Positions 26,718 to 39,070 of a stretch of 64,000 bases of DNA are shown here, in pieces (the first letter of the stretch is position 1; each line of letters starts with the position of its first letter). A program made the translations under genes and the position numbers. Origin of the DNA: Camelus dromedarius (lineage: Eukaryota); NCBI RefSeq assembly GCF_036321535.1, contig NC_087437.1:102798001-102862000 (forward strand), in the 5' to 3' direction. The notes under the pieces are model-generated. The model was not told the origin of the DNA. It worked only from the letters and a program-made list of their open reading frames with translations, and searched no databases.

Positions 26718-26999
26718 GAGAGATCCAAGATCGAGTCACCATCAGATTCAGTGTCTGGTGAGAGCTTGCTTCCTGGTTCATAGACAGGTTCTTCCTGGTT
26801 CTTGCTGTGTCCTCATTGTTAGAAGGGGCTAGGATGCTCCCTCGCCCTTCTTTTATAAGAGCACAAATCCCCCTAATGAGGGCTTCACCCTCATGATCTA
26901 ATCATTCCCCAAAGGCCTCACCTCCTAAAATTATCACATTGAGTGGTTAGGATTTCAACATGAACTTAAGAGGAGGTCACAAGCTTTCATTCTATAGCA
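26718..26999 (-). mobile_element. MaLR LTR MLT1A-like (truncated on the left)
   Basis: tccaagatc...cagattcagtgtctggtgagagc...ttttataagagcac...ccctcatgatctaatca...ttaggatttcaacat...ctatagca terminus. Confidence 0.85.
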
Positions 27000-29904
27000 A
27001 TGTTTAACCATGACCACCTTCTCATTTTCTTAATGAGTTTGAATTTTTGAATTGACAGGCAGTCCTGGGTAAGTATTAGTTTATATTTCCCATCACTAGA
27101 TAAGGTGAGTTCACTTTTGTATTTACTTATTTTAGGACATCTTTGGAGAATCAACTGTTTTACCAGTCATTTTGATAAGCACTGTGATATGAATCAGGTT
27201 CATAGAGATGAATAAAACTTTGTCTTTTCCCCCAAGGAACTTTAGGTTTTCTCTAGAGAAAACACTTAAGCAGACTGTTCCAATAAAATATTCTATTTGT
27301 AGCCAAATTGTCATATATGGAATAAATTGTAAACATGAAATAATACTGAAACATAATTTCATCATATTATTTGACTTAGCCTGCTTTCAATTTTAAAATT
27401 ATTTCATCAATTGTGAAAATGAGAACAAAGCTTTATTTCAAGCTTCCTTTATCTCAAAGGAAGAGCTGTGAATATAAATATTTTCACCAGTTTTAACACA
27501 CATAGTGAGTTCACATTACAGGTGTATCAAATATGCCATATTACAAATGGGCACGAGCCCTCTACACTTCCTTTTAATTAATCAGAGAGCATATCCTGTG
27601 TTACGTATATTGCTGCCTTAGTTATTTCAATACTTTTTAATACACCAAAGTGAGTTCTAAATATGTGATACATAATTTCCTTGAGATGGCTTTGTCTCTA
27701 AATTATATTTATTTCTTAAGTTTTTAGAGTGAGTAAGGTCTTTGCTAAAATATTTCTTACATTCATTGGCTTGTTGATTGCCTTACAATTTTGACATTTT
27801 TCACATGTACCAAATTCGTTGTTTTGGTTCTCATTAGAAATGACGCAAGTCTCCCAATTCCAATCATCTTGCTGTTGAACAAATAACGTTAAAATCATAA
27901 TCTGATTCAAAAATTTATGTTGCGTGAAACATACTTATTTATCAGATTCTTTATGAGGCCTGACCAGCTCTTTTGAGGGAAAACCAAACACAGTGACTCA
28001 CGTTTCCCAAGCAGCCCTTCAATCTAAGTGATTCTGAGTCATAGTTGAGGTCACTCTGCTGTTGCTGTTGTGTTTCATCTTCCCAGCATCTCATCGTTAT
28101 TGCCAGAAAACTTTGGTGTGCAGCCTGCATGTAATCAGGGACAGACAACTGCAGCATAGACGACCTTAACTGAATTAAAATGAGGCGGTGCGGTGCAACA
28201 TATGGACTTACGCCAGACAAACATGTTCAACTTTACACAAAATGCCCAAATAGCCTTCTATGTTTTGCAGTTCAAATACGTAACGTATCTATGACATATC
28301 TATACTAGTACTGTTGTATATAAATCTGTATTTTTGTATGCGTCTACCTGATCGTACTTAATATTCTATTGGAGTTTAGGGAAACAAAATAAGTGTGTGT
28401 GTGATATTTAATGTTATAATAAAATTTTTAAAAATATATAATCTACCCTCAGAGATGTATAATCCATATTTTTCATACATATGAGTGTTTAACATTAGTT
28501 TTACTATTAAAATTCAGGAAGGATGAAACAAATTTCTGGGAGTATTCATTTGGATGAAAATATAGCTGTTTTTTGGCTATCTTGAAATGTGGAATTAAAA
28601 CTATAGTGAATTAAATAAAATGTAGCTTCTGTTGAAGGTTATGTCAAAACCCATAAATACAAATCCACACACTTTCATTTAAAAAAAATAGGATTTCTCA
28701 TTAACAAAGGTGTGCTTTTACACAGATATTTACAATTTTCATTTTTCTTCCATTTGACTTCCTACATTGCCCAAACTTTGTTATATTTTTCAGATGAAAT
28801 TGTGACACTGGTCAAGGTATACTCTGACTTAATCACAAGCATTTAATGCAATTCAGAGAACAATAGATTCTTTCTGATGTAAAATTCTTAGTTGTCATGT
28901 TGCTAGTGTGCTGTTTGTGAGCAGAATGCAAAGTAGTTTTAATCCATACATCCTTTTTTCTGTGCTGGGATGCCTGCCAAATCTATGTCTGTGATTAACT
29001 TTTGAGGTTGTCAGCTCAAAACAAATGTAGGGGCAGGAGAACTTAGGACAGTGGCTTTGTATTTAATGCATATTTAACAATAGTGCTAGCTTTCGGAATT
29101 AGAAAACAAGTAACTGTCTTCATAGGCTAAAACTTTGCTTGGCATCACATTTGCTGTTTTGAACTAGCCTATGTTTTTAATTGAAATCTTCAATAAATTG
29201 ATAGTATTTTTTTTAAAAAAATCTGTTAGAAATTTGTAACATAATTATTCATGGTATAACAGTTATCTAAAATAGCCCAGTTTTTAGCAGGAGGTAAAAA
29301 TCAGCAGCATTCAAGAGCGCTTCTTAACTGATTTCCCTTAATTCTTTGGATGATTGGTTAATATTCTAGCCAAATGTGATTTAGTGAAACAACAACCCGT
29401 TGGCTTGAAAATAAAATTTAAATCAAGCATTGACTTTGTTTCTCTGGGCTTCCATGTCTTCATCCATGTAAATGTACTATACCTTTGTTACATGCTTCTG
29501 GGTATTCAAATGAATAAGGCTGAGTAGGAATGAAAGGTAAGAAAATTCACATTTAATGAACACTGCCAGCTGTGTCCTCCAACCACCAGTTGTGTTAGAC
29601 ACTTTGAATGAAACCTAACAGCAAACCTATAAGAAATGTTCATTTTATATAAATCACCAACTAAGAAACTAAGCCTCAGAGAAGGTGACTCAGTTGACCA
29701 AGATGGTCCAGTTGATGCGTGAGGAATGTGGAATTCAGAAACCACGATTGTCTACTTTCAGAATTCTTGTTCATGTGATTGCACACAGCCTTGACTCTGT
29801 GTACCTGTGGCTGTAACTTCAACTCCCATTTCTTACCATCTGCATGATGGTGGAGGGGAGGGAGTGAGCAATATTGAATATTTGGGGAAAAGTCCTTGGA
29901 AATA

Positions 29905-30116
29905 CAATATAATTTCCTGAGCATTTACTATCCCAGACACTATGCTAATTTATTAGACATGTACTATCTCACCTGAGCCTCAGCATAATCTTATGAGGTA
30001 AATACTATGACTAAGCCATGTTACAGATGGTGAAAGCAATGCTTAGAAACTCTGTGACTCTTCTAAATTTCAAGACAAGGTAGCCTGATTTCTAAGGGCC
30101 TGTCTTTGACCACTGC
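29905..30116 (-). mobile_element. MIR SINE
   Basis: ttcctgagcatttactatcccagacactatgctaa...cttatgaggtaaatacta...ttacagatggtgaaa. Confidence 0.7.
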
Positions 30117-30656
30117 TGTAGGAATACCCTATTGCTGCTGCATCAAATTACCAAAAAAAAAAAAATTAGTGAAATAAATGATACAAATTTATTATCTCAG
30201 TGTGCAATAGGTCAGGAGTCTCACTGGGCTAAAATCAGGATGTCATTAGGGCTGTGTTCTTTCTTGAGGCTCTAGCTTAGGATCACTGTCCTTTCCTTTT
30301 CCAGCTCCTGAAGGTCATCTGTAATTCCTTGGCTCCTGGCCCCTTGCTCCATCCTCAAAGTCAACAGTTTAGAATCTTCAAATTTGTCTTTCTGTCTCTG
30401 TCTCTCTCTAGAGTTCTCTATCTCTGTCTCTGTTTCCTCTTTTTCTATCACATCTCCTTCTGAATCGCCTGCCTCCCTTTTTCTTTGTAAGGACTCTTGA
30501 CATTATAACAAGCCTATATAGATAATCCAGGATACTGTCCACACTTTAGGATTCTTAATCATTTCTGCCAAGTCCCTCTTGCTGTGTTAGGGAACATTCA
30601 CAGGTTCTGCACATTAGGAAGTGGACATTTTCAGGGCAGTCATTCTTTCTACCACA
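30117..30656 (-). mobile_element. MaLR solo LTR, MLT1D-like, near full length
   Basis: TG...CA termini (tgtagg...ctaccaca); ctattgctgctg, aaatttattatctca, tctcactgggctaaaatca, gataatccaggat, attcacaggttc motifs. Confidence 0.85.
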
Positions 30657-31066
30657 AGTATACTCTACCAACTGACTGTTGGCAGTGCATTATCTTTTAG
30701 AATATGTGCTGCTGAGGGAACTAAGTTGGAAAATGTTTTACTCTCCTCTGTGAAGATCTCAAAAGGGTTGATTCAGTATTAATTGATTACTCAGACAAAT
30801 GGTAACACATTTAAACGCAGCAACTAACATTTAAATGTTAAATAATGCAGAAATAGATTGATGTAGTGGACTTGAAAAGCTGTGTAAACTGTATGACAAG
30901 GAACTTGTGACAATATTTGTAACTGATATTGATCCATTTATGAATTTAACAATCTAAAAAGATAATGACCAGGATTAAGGTGAATAGAGAAGGTTTTTCG
31001 TTTTCAATGTTTCATTTTCTGTGGAATGAAAAAAAACTACATTAGGAAATATTTTAACTGCACTTT

Positions 31067-31234
31067 CTTTTTTCTTTTTCTAAATTGAAGTATAGGCAGT
31101 TTACAATGTTGTGTCAGTTTCTGGTATACAACATAATAGTTCAGTCATACATATACATACATATATCCATTTTCATATTTTTTAAATTATAGGTTATAAG
31201 ATATTAAATTTAGTTCCCTGAGCTATACAGTATA
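31067..31234 (-). mobile_element. 5'-truncated cetartiodactyl-type L1 3' end with target-site duplication
   Basis: T-rich tail then attgaagtataggcagtttacaatgttgtgtcagtttctggtatac...gttccctgagctatacagta; GCACTTT duplicated at 31060-31066 and 31235-31241. Confidence 0.85.
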
Positions 31235-34200
31235 GCACTTTAGTGTTTGCAAATGTTTTTTCAATCCATGTTCCCATTTGATTCCACATTAATCTTAGGA
31301 GTTATAGAACTGATGCTTTTAGAACTGCTTTATAAATATATTACCTCTTTTAAGGCCCGATAACTAACATGTATCATTGGTTTTACTATTTATTTTTTCT
31401 GCCTTTTAAAATTTTGCATTTGTCGTTTTATGGTTAGATGCTTTATAACCTGCTGTAATGATTGTTAGAGACTAGATAGAGTTTTAATCTTACTAACCAA
31501 AATACCATCCATGAGACCTGGAGAGTTTTAGTTAATTTTCCAGAGTTATGCACTAATTGGTAATAGAGCCTGGCCTGCTGCCTTGTTCACTGGACTCGCA
31601 CTCTACAGTGGTTACCTCTGGGTTCAACCACCTCCCAAATTCTAACACAGAACTTACCAAGTTGAATGTTATCGTGTATTCTTTCTGTGCTTCAGGTAAG
31701 AATTTTATTTTTATAATCCTCATACAGAGATATTAACACAGAAAATGCTTTCTAGGATGGGCCCACCAAGGCAGATGTGGTTTGATAGATTTCAATATTG
31801 ATTAGATATTTTGAAACTTAGCAAAGATTATCCCTCACCATCTTTGATGTGATATCAATGTGATAATGAACGTACTAAGCTAGGAAAAATATCTGTGTGC
31901 TTTGACCCTTTTAAATTAACTTATTAAAAAAAATCAGTTCCATTCTGAATAACTCAGTAGATAATTTTCCTGAGGAAGTGATTTTTGCCTAGTGGCAGCA
32001 CGCTGTAGCCAGCGATTGTGGAAAAGGAAATAAAGTTACAGCAGTTAAAACATTTTTATTTATTATTTAGTAAAGAAAGTTGTGTTTACTTAAGCATACT
32101 ATGTAAAACAGCTATTTTAAAGTTTTCTATGAGATTTCCTTTGTCACCTAGGCTAATCAGTGTCTATAATTCCTTCTTCTAGGAGAACCACAGACAGTAG
32201 TCTATAAATTACAGGATGGCTACTCATAATACCAGAAAATTTTTACTGTAATTTCCTGAAACCCCATCAGCAAATAGTCCTAATGTCTATGGGAGCTCAG
32301 TTTGGAAAGAAAAATATGTGTTGACTACAGCAAATCAAAATAAATCTCTCAGGATTTCACATCTGCCTTCTTCATTTTGCCTTAATGTTAAAATATGGAT
32401 TAGCACTCAGTGATTTTTTTTAAGGAAAATAATTATGGTGCATTATGAATCTAAAACAAAATGTTATTTCACTGAAGTGTTCAAGTACTAATTTACTCAA
32501 ACAATAGAATAGTCAGAGAGACAATTACTACTTTTTTTCATAAGGTAAATTAATGGTTACTGGTAACTAGGAACAGACCCATCAGTACTTTTGTGTGGCC
32601 TGAACCTCTGTTTCATAATATGTGTTTAGAAATTCATACACACACCTTGGCAAGATGCTGTTTGATTTTGTTTCTGGTAGTAACTAATTCCTAACAGCAC
32701 ATGACGTCTCGTTTTTACACAAAATTCAAAATATACACCACATTGTGTTCAGGCACATGGGGATGCTAAAGTGTCAGGTGACTGTTGTTAAGATCACGGT
32801 GTCAGGGAAAAAAATGTTTATGTCTTTCTTAGATATGGAATGATACTGATTATAAAACATGATTTTCAGTAGTAGTCCATTTTTCTTCATATTCTTTTGT
32901 ATATTGTTATTCTCCTAAAAGCTACTAATCCAGTTAAGCATTTCCAAGATGAAAAGTGATTTTGTAGATGATATTTAAACTCTTCAAAATGAGAGAGTGA
33001 GACTGACTTAAAATTAATTATTTGGCTCATCGTTGTTTCTGTTCAGTATAGTTCTTAACAAGGAATGCAAGGGATTTATTGCATTTATGGGCTCTATGTT
33101 AGGCCATGTATTCAGTAAGAGACTACAGATAATCAGTGATTTGCTGATTTTCAACCTAAGATTAATTGTTAACGTTCTGTGATGACCATAAATGAAAGCG
33201 TAATGAAACGTTAATGGAGATATTGCTGGAATTCAGGTTTTGTCAAATATTCAAACCTGAAAGTAAAGTGGGTGGGAGCTAAGAATTTCGGTTTGAATGA
33301 ACTAATTCATTTTGACTTTTACTTCCTTTATAGATCATGTATTTAAAGTTGATATTTTATGTTTACTTGATTCAAATTGGAAATCATGGAGTGGAATGAT
33401 TCAACTTTTTAATAATTGTGATATTGTGATGGCAGAACCTTCATTGATAGGCAGAATGCCCGTTTTAATGACATATTAATGCAGATAATGTCATTTGTTT
33501 TAGGATATCTCATTAAATTATTTTTCTGTTTTATCTGCTCATGGAATTATGAAAAATGGCAGAAAAAGCTATTGAAGTGTTCTCTCTTCTTTTCTAGCCT
33601 TTATTTATAGTTTACTTTGAGTTGCTTCCATTTACAATTGTCTTTAAGAATTTTCCTACTGCAACTTTTAAATTACCAGTCATCATGATCCAAATCTGAA
33701 TTTGTTTTAATGACTGACAATATTGATTTTAATTGAGAACATAGAGATTAAGAAGCAGATCGATAGGCCTGTTAAGAAGTGTCTAGTCATTTTCCCCTCT
33801 CAAAGAATATGTATAGATCTATAGAAATATTGGTTCAGCTGAGATTTTTGTATACAAAAGAAAATTCGTAGGTGAGTTAGATATTTCAAATTGTTTTATT
33901 CTCCGAAAGAAATAAACACTATACATTGCTCTTTGCTAAGAAAACCCAAATCCTGATTTTCTGCTGTCACTCCTAAAATTTACTGATTTATTTAATTCCG
34001 TTTTGACTGTAGACTGAATACACAAGCTGTCTTCATGCCCTGCAGGTTTCAATTAGGATGGCTTCACATGGGGAAAACTCTTAGCAAGGCACAACTTCTA
34101 CCTGAAGACATCTTGCAATATATATCGTCTTGGAATGTTAACCGGACCATTCACCTTTCCACTCACACCACTAAGGGATGTGTTTCTTTGTCAGAGAAAC

Positions 34201-36971
34201 CAACATCTATAACCATGAAGTCTGTTTATTCCATAAATAATCTCCATAGAGAAATATATTTCCCTCACTTAGTCTGTACAGTTTCTGATACTTCAGTTAA
34301 TTATGAAAGTAGATGTAACAGGTACATTAATCTAAATTCATTTTTTGACAACAGTGGATTAATAACAGGTATCTTTTTCAGAGGGAACGGCAAATCCTGT
34401 CAAAAAGTCATGAAACTCTAGGGGAAAAGAGCAGGGATGTATATTTTAAACTAACATTATAATAATCATTTTGATTTTCGTTGTGTGAAAACATTAAAAA
34501 TTAAAATGAGAAAACATTTTCTCAGCAATCCCGTAAGTTGCTGCCTTGGACGTATGCAAATCACTGAAGTTGCCGGAGGGTCACTTGTGTGATTCTCTCT
34601 CAAGTGCAGCACTAAACGTTATGATTGCTTGTTGATATCTAATCCTCAGTTAACATCATAAATCAGCACTTGTCAGATCAGGGAAGCATATTAACTAGAG
34701 TTACTGTATTTCAAAACAGTTAGGAGTGTTTTTTATTCTGACAGCTTCCCAGAGAGGGGACTCTGTGCTGAGCAGCTGCAGATAGATATTTCACACCGGT
34801 AAGGAGGCTACACGTTGCCAGTTATTACTGTTAAGGGCAACCTCGGCGAGCGTGTCATAATTCTCTCTGCAGTCCTCCATTTTAATTCTTGTCACACCAC
34901 AAAGTTATTTACTCCCTTTACCAAGCTAACAGCTGCCAGCCACGTACATTTTTATAGAGTTACAGAATTTTAGAAAGGGTAGGGGGAACTAGACAGGGTA
35001 TCTTACCTGAATCTTTATTTTCCTGCTAAAGATACAGATGCCTTTTCATTATTGGGGACTTACTATGGGCTGGCCCAGAGAAAGTGTTTAACTTGCTTAC
35101 TTAAAATTACGCAACTGACTTATTTCATTCTAGCATCCATTCATTCATTTTCCCTGTCTCTCTGTCTCTTTTTGTCTCGAATACACTGTTACCTACAGGG
35201 AATAAAAACTGTTTTTCCAGTCTTAATGTGTTGTTTTGCATTAAACCAATGGAAACATCCCTGTAGAAGTAGTACAGTATTCTACAGTAAGTATCTCACA
35301 AAATTAATGTCATTTTTCAGATAAAAAACATAAAGTTAAGAAAGAAGTATTAATTGAAAAGGACTTACATTTACAAAGGGCTGTAAGAGTAACATAGAAC
35401 AATGAAGACCTCAAAGCCATGTTATTTTTCTATAAAAATAATATAAAACTATTATAGCTGAGAAAAAGATGAGGCTAATAGAAAATGTTGACAACAATAG
35501 AAAATAACTTGGGGAAGCCTTCGTGTTATGTAAAAAGATGCCATTGCTCATTAATTGGGTCAATTTTAAATAAAGTTTAAATAAAACAACTGTGTGGTTA
35601 GCTGATGTCAGAGAGAAGGTGCATACACAATTCTTGTTCAATCCTTCGGGGATGATTTTCAGAGGAGACAGTTCAGGAGCACTGACAGTAGAGTCGGGTG
35701 AAGAGTCTTTAGGAAAACAATTACCTCGTCTAAGTGCCTTCCATCTTCCTTATCCCAGTGGACTATATCATGGAGCAACACCTGAACCTCGGTGAGGACA
35801 TTTTATTCTGCAGTCTTTGAAGTTGTGAAAGCAGAATGATGCTGCTGAAAGAATGTGAACTTTTGAGTTTTGCATAAGTACATACAGCAAACTACATAGA
35901 TTTGTGAATTTAACTGATACTGGGAAAGACCAGAATTGGATAGGGCATGAGTGTGTGTCTGTGTGTCTGTGTCTGTGTGTATGTACTCATAAACATTTAA
36001 CTGAAAAAGGGGGAAGAGTTAATTGTTCAGATCTTGCTTAACTTTGTGGTTAGTCATTGGACTGAGCAGTAGGGAAATTCTATAAGCCTGGTTTATCTGA
36101 ATTTGAGCCCAGCATTTAATAGAAGCTTACCTTGTTAGTAATATGGAGAAATGTGGAGAGGATAATTGGTCTGTAACAGGTTAAATGACTGTGTCAAACT
36201 TCCATTAATTTCAAGTTCAGTGGAATACTTTTTAACATTTTTCTTCATTTTTTTCTTAAACCATAGCACATGCACAGAGACAAAGATTATGCTATCTTAA
36301 ACAGAATTAAGGATCTAAAATTTGGAAAGTGTCTAGAGATTATTCAGTCTGACTCTACATAAATATACTGTGTGGGGACAAATAGATATACATCTCTCCT
36401 TGGTTTCTGGGGCAATCATGTTATATTTCTAGGAATTAATTTAACAGGGAAGTAAGATTCATCTTTCTAAATATACCAGTAAGTGTTAATGTGCAAAAAT
36501 CTCAGGGATTCTTTTCATGTATCTTAGATTCTTTGAGCGTGAATTTTCAACCTGTACATGAGGAATGTGCCAACTGAAAAATGAGGTGTGAATTACTCTT
36601 TTCAGACCCTTCATTCCTCATAGCAACTGTCTTACAGGGTTGATGTTAGGCACCTGAATTAGACTAGAGGTTCTAAAACAATGAAGAATAGATTTGGCCC
36701 GGTAAATGGAATGCAAGCTTTATATAAATCTTACTTTCTGCAAGAGCTGTCCTTGATCAAATAGGTTTAAATAACAACAAACATTTTTACAGAACACATT
36801 ATTGCATTTCATCTCTTTGAAAGTGTTATAAAAAGGCCAGAGAAGCAAAATTCCTGAAATCCAAATATTAGTATCCATATTTGGTTTTATTGTAACATGT
36901 ACCTTCAATATCATTTACCTATTGTTTATGCCTATTAAATCATTAAACTAAGAAATGGGAAGCATTCTTTT

Positions 36972-37327
36972 CATTAAGAGATAAATTGAAGAACATTAAA
37001 GTTTTCAAGAGTTTGCGTCTACATTGACACAAACAGGGCAGTGGCCAAACCAAAATTGGTTAGGAGCACCCTGCCAACAGGAGCTAGGGGAGGGGTTTTT
37101 GTAGAGAAGATGCAGAAAGAAACAAGAAAATTATTTATTTAGCCATAGCTTGAACAGTGGCCTTCTTTGGGAAAGCCTGGTTGGCTGTCTGTGATTGGTG
37201 GTCCTTATATTTCATTTTCTGGGGTTTGGATTCATTGATTCTGGCTTTGGTTTTATTTTGCTGAGTAGGGTACCAAGGCATGAGAGCCACCTCGGTCTAC
37301 TGGCCTCCTTGTTTAATCACGTTAATA
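36972..37327 (-). mobile_element. ERV1-class solo LTR (family uncertain)
   Basis: On the minus strand: LTR-like start (ttaac...aaacaaggaggcc...gaggtggctctc), CCAAT box (gattgg at ~37192 on +) and TATA-like region; about 355 bp. Confidence 0.65.
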
Positions 37328-37519
37328 ATTAAAACCATGTCAAGTTGTAACTGATTTATAAATATGACTTGTATCCAGGTAAACTTTTGTGGATGAAGAT
37401 ACAATTGGGTCTAAGGAAACAAAAATTATTACTTTCCCTACTCCATGCCCTCTGAAAGGTCTATGTTTAAATTCATACCAATATCATAAATAGTAATTGG
37501 GTCCATATGGGAAATATAG

Positions 37520-37720
37520 GTCAGTGGTTAAGAACCAGGACTCTGGACAGTATAACTAATAAAGAATTCCAGTATCACAGAGAATAATCTAGGATGAGTA
37601 ATTTAATTACCTATGAAATAAGAACAATTATACTGTCCATACCATGGGGCTATTTTGAGAGTTAAATGAGATAAGATAGAAAAATTGGATCGTACCGTAT
37701 CTGGCACCTTGTAAACAGCT
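37520..37720 (+). mobile_element. MIR SINE
   Basis: agtggttaagaaccaggactctgga...ttgagagttaaatgagataa...ctggcac. Confidence 0.7.
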
Positions 37721-37995
37721 TTTCTTTTAGAGGAAAAAATTATTTGTGAAGAAACAATATTGTATACAATGTTAGTAATTTATCTTTTTATTAGATGAAG
37801 CTATCAAATTTTATTTTAATTTAAAAGGGTGAAATATGCATATGAATCTTTGAGAAGGTGAAACAATCCAACAAATGTAGGTTATGAAATTTACAACAGG
37901 ATTTGCTGGAACATGCTCATCATATATTTTGGGTAATTGACATTTTGACTATTTTAGCCATGGAAAGTATTTTTTAAAAATATTTATAGACTGTA

Positions 37996-38070
37996 TATGT
38001 GTATGTTTATGTGTGTGTGTGTCTGTGTGTGTGAGTGAGAGAGAGACAGAGAAAAAAGAGAAACAGAGAG
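37996..38070. repeat. Imperfect compound (TG)n/(AG)n microsatellite
   Basis: Read directly. Confidence 0.8.
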
Positions 38071-38849
38071 AATCTGTTTATTAATGTGAAATTTCACTAC
38101 AAAACCTATCAGTATATTTTGCCTACTCAAAATATGAATTTCAGTCAATATTCCCAGAGGGTATATTTCATAGCTACTATGAGCCTTAAAAATATAATCT
38201 AGTGGCAGATTTATGCTGGGAAGAGTTGATCTTCCTTTCCAAGGTTGTGGGTATCCTGAATAGCAACAGAAGAGCAGGGTTTGTAATAGACAGCTCCTAC
38301 TTCTCTGCAGGTATATTGATATTTTAGTATTAAATTTAATACATGTACACTTCAAATGACGATCATAATGAGGAATTGCAAGCTTACTCCATTCCACTGT
38401 GGATGCCACTTCAGTCTCCTGTTAAGAGTTGTGTGCCTCTAAACCACAGAGAAGAGTGAAACAGTAGAAATACCTTAATGATGAATGTTTCTGTTTCTAT
38501 AAAATGAGTATAGTAATACTTGGCTTATGGGATTATTATGGATATTAGCTGATTTGATACAAAGCAAAGTCAGTATGCAAGACCTGCCTCAGAGTAAGTA
38601 GAAACTAAATGTTAGTGGCAATGAATGTACCAGTGTTTCTGACTTCAGATGTACATTCATTGAAAATTAAAGTAGGTCCGTATTAAGAATAATAATTGGA
38701 ACCCTCAACTTCTTTCAGTTTAACACGGTACCATATAGCACATGATGTCAGCCATGTTCCTTCCCTTCTTTCTTGTTTGTCTGCAGAAGTGTTGTCTTCT
38801 TTTAAGACCATTCTCTGTGACCTATCTGGTATACAGAAGATTGATATCA

Positions 38850-39070
38850 GCTATAAAGTCTTTAAAACTGCTGGACCCACACTGTCTGGATTTAAAATTT
38901 ACATCACTTACTCCATGTCTGACTTAGGGCAAGTTACTTAACCTCTTTTTGGCTTGGTTTTCTTGTCTAGAAAAGGAAGATAATTATAATGATTCTTTAC
39001 TCCTAGGATGGGCATGAGGGTTAAATGTAAAAGCGCTCAGAAAAGCTCCAATCTCAGTAGATGTTACCTT
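38850..39070 (+). mobile_element. MIR SINE
   Basis: tgacttagggcaagttacttaacctcttt...ggttttcttgtctagaaaagga...tgagggttaaatgtaaaagcgctcag. Confidence 0.8.

Noticed and set aside
33598..33871. 274-nt cryptic exon between a pyrimidine-AG and TAG|GTGAGT
   Set aside because: Long, very AT-rich, with no other support; such pseudo-exons are common in long introns.
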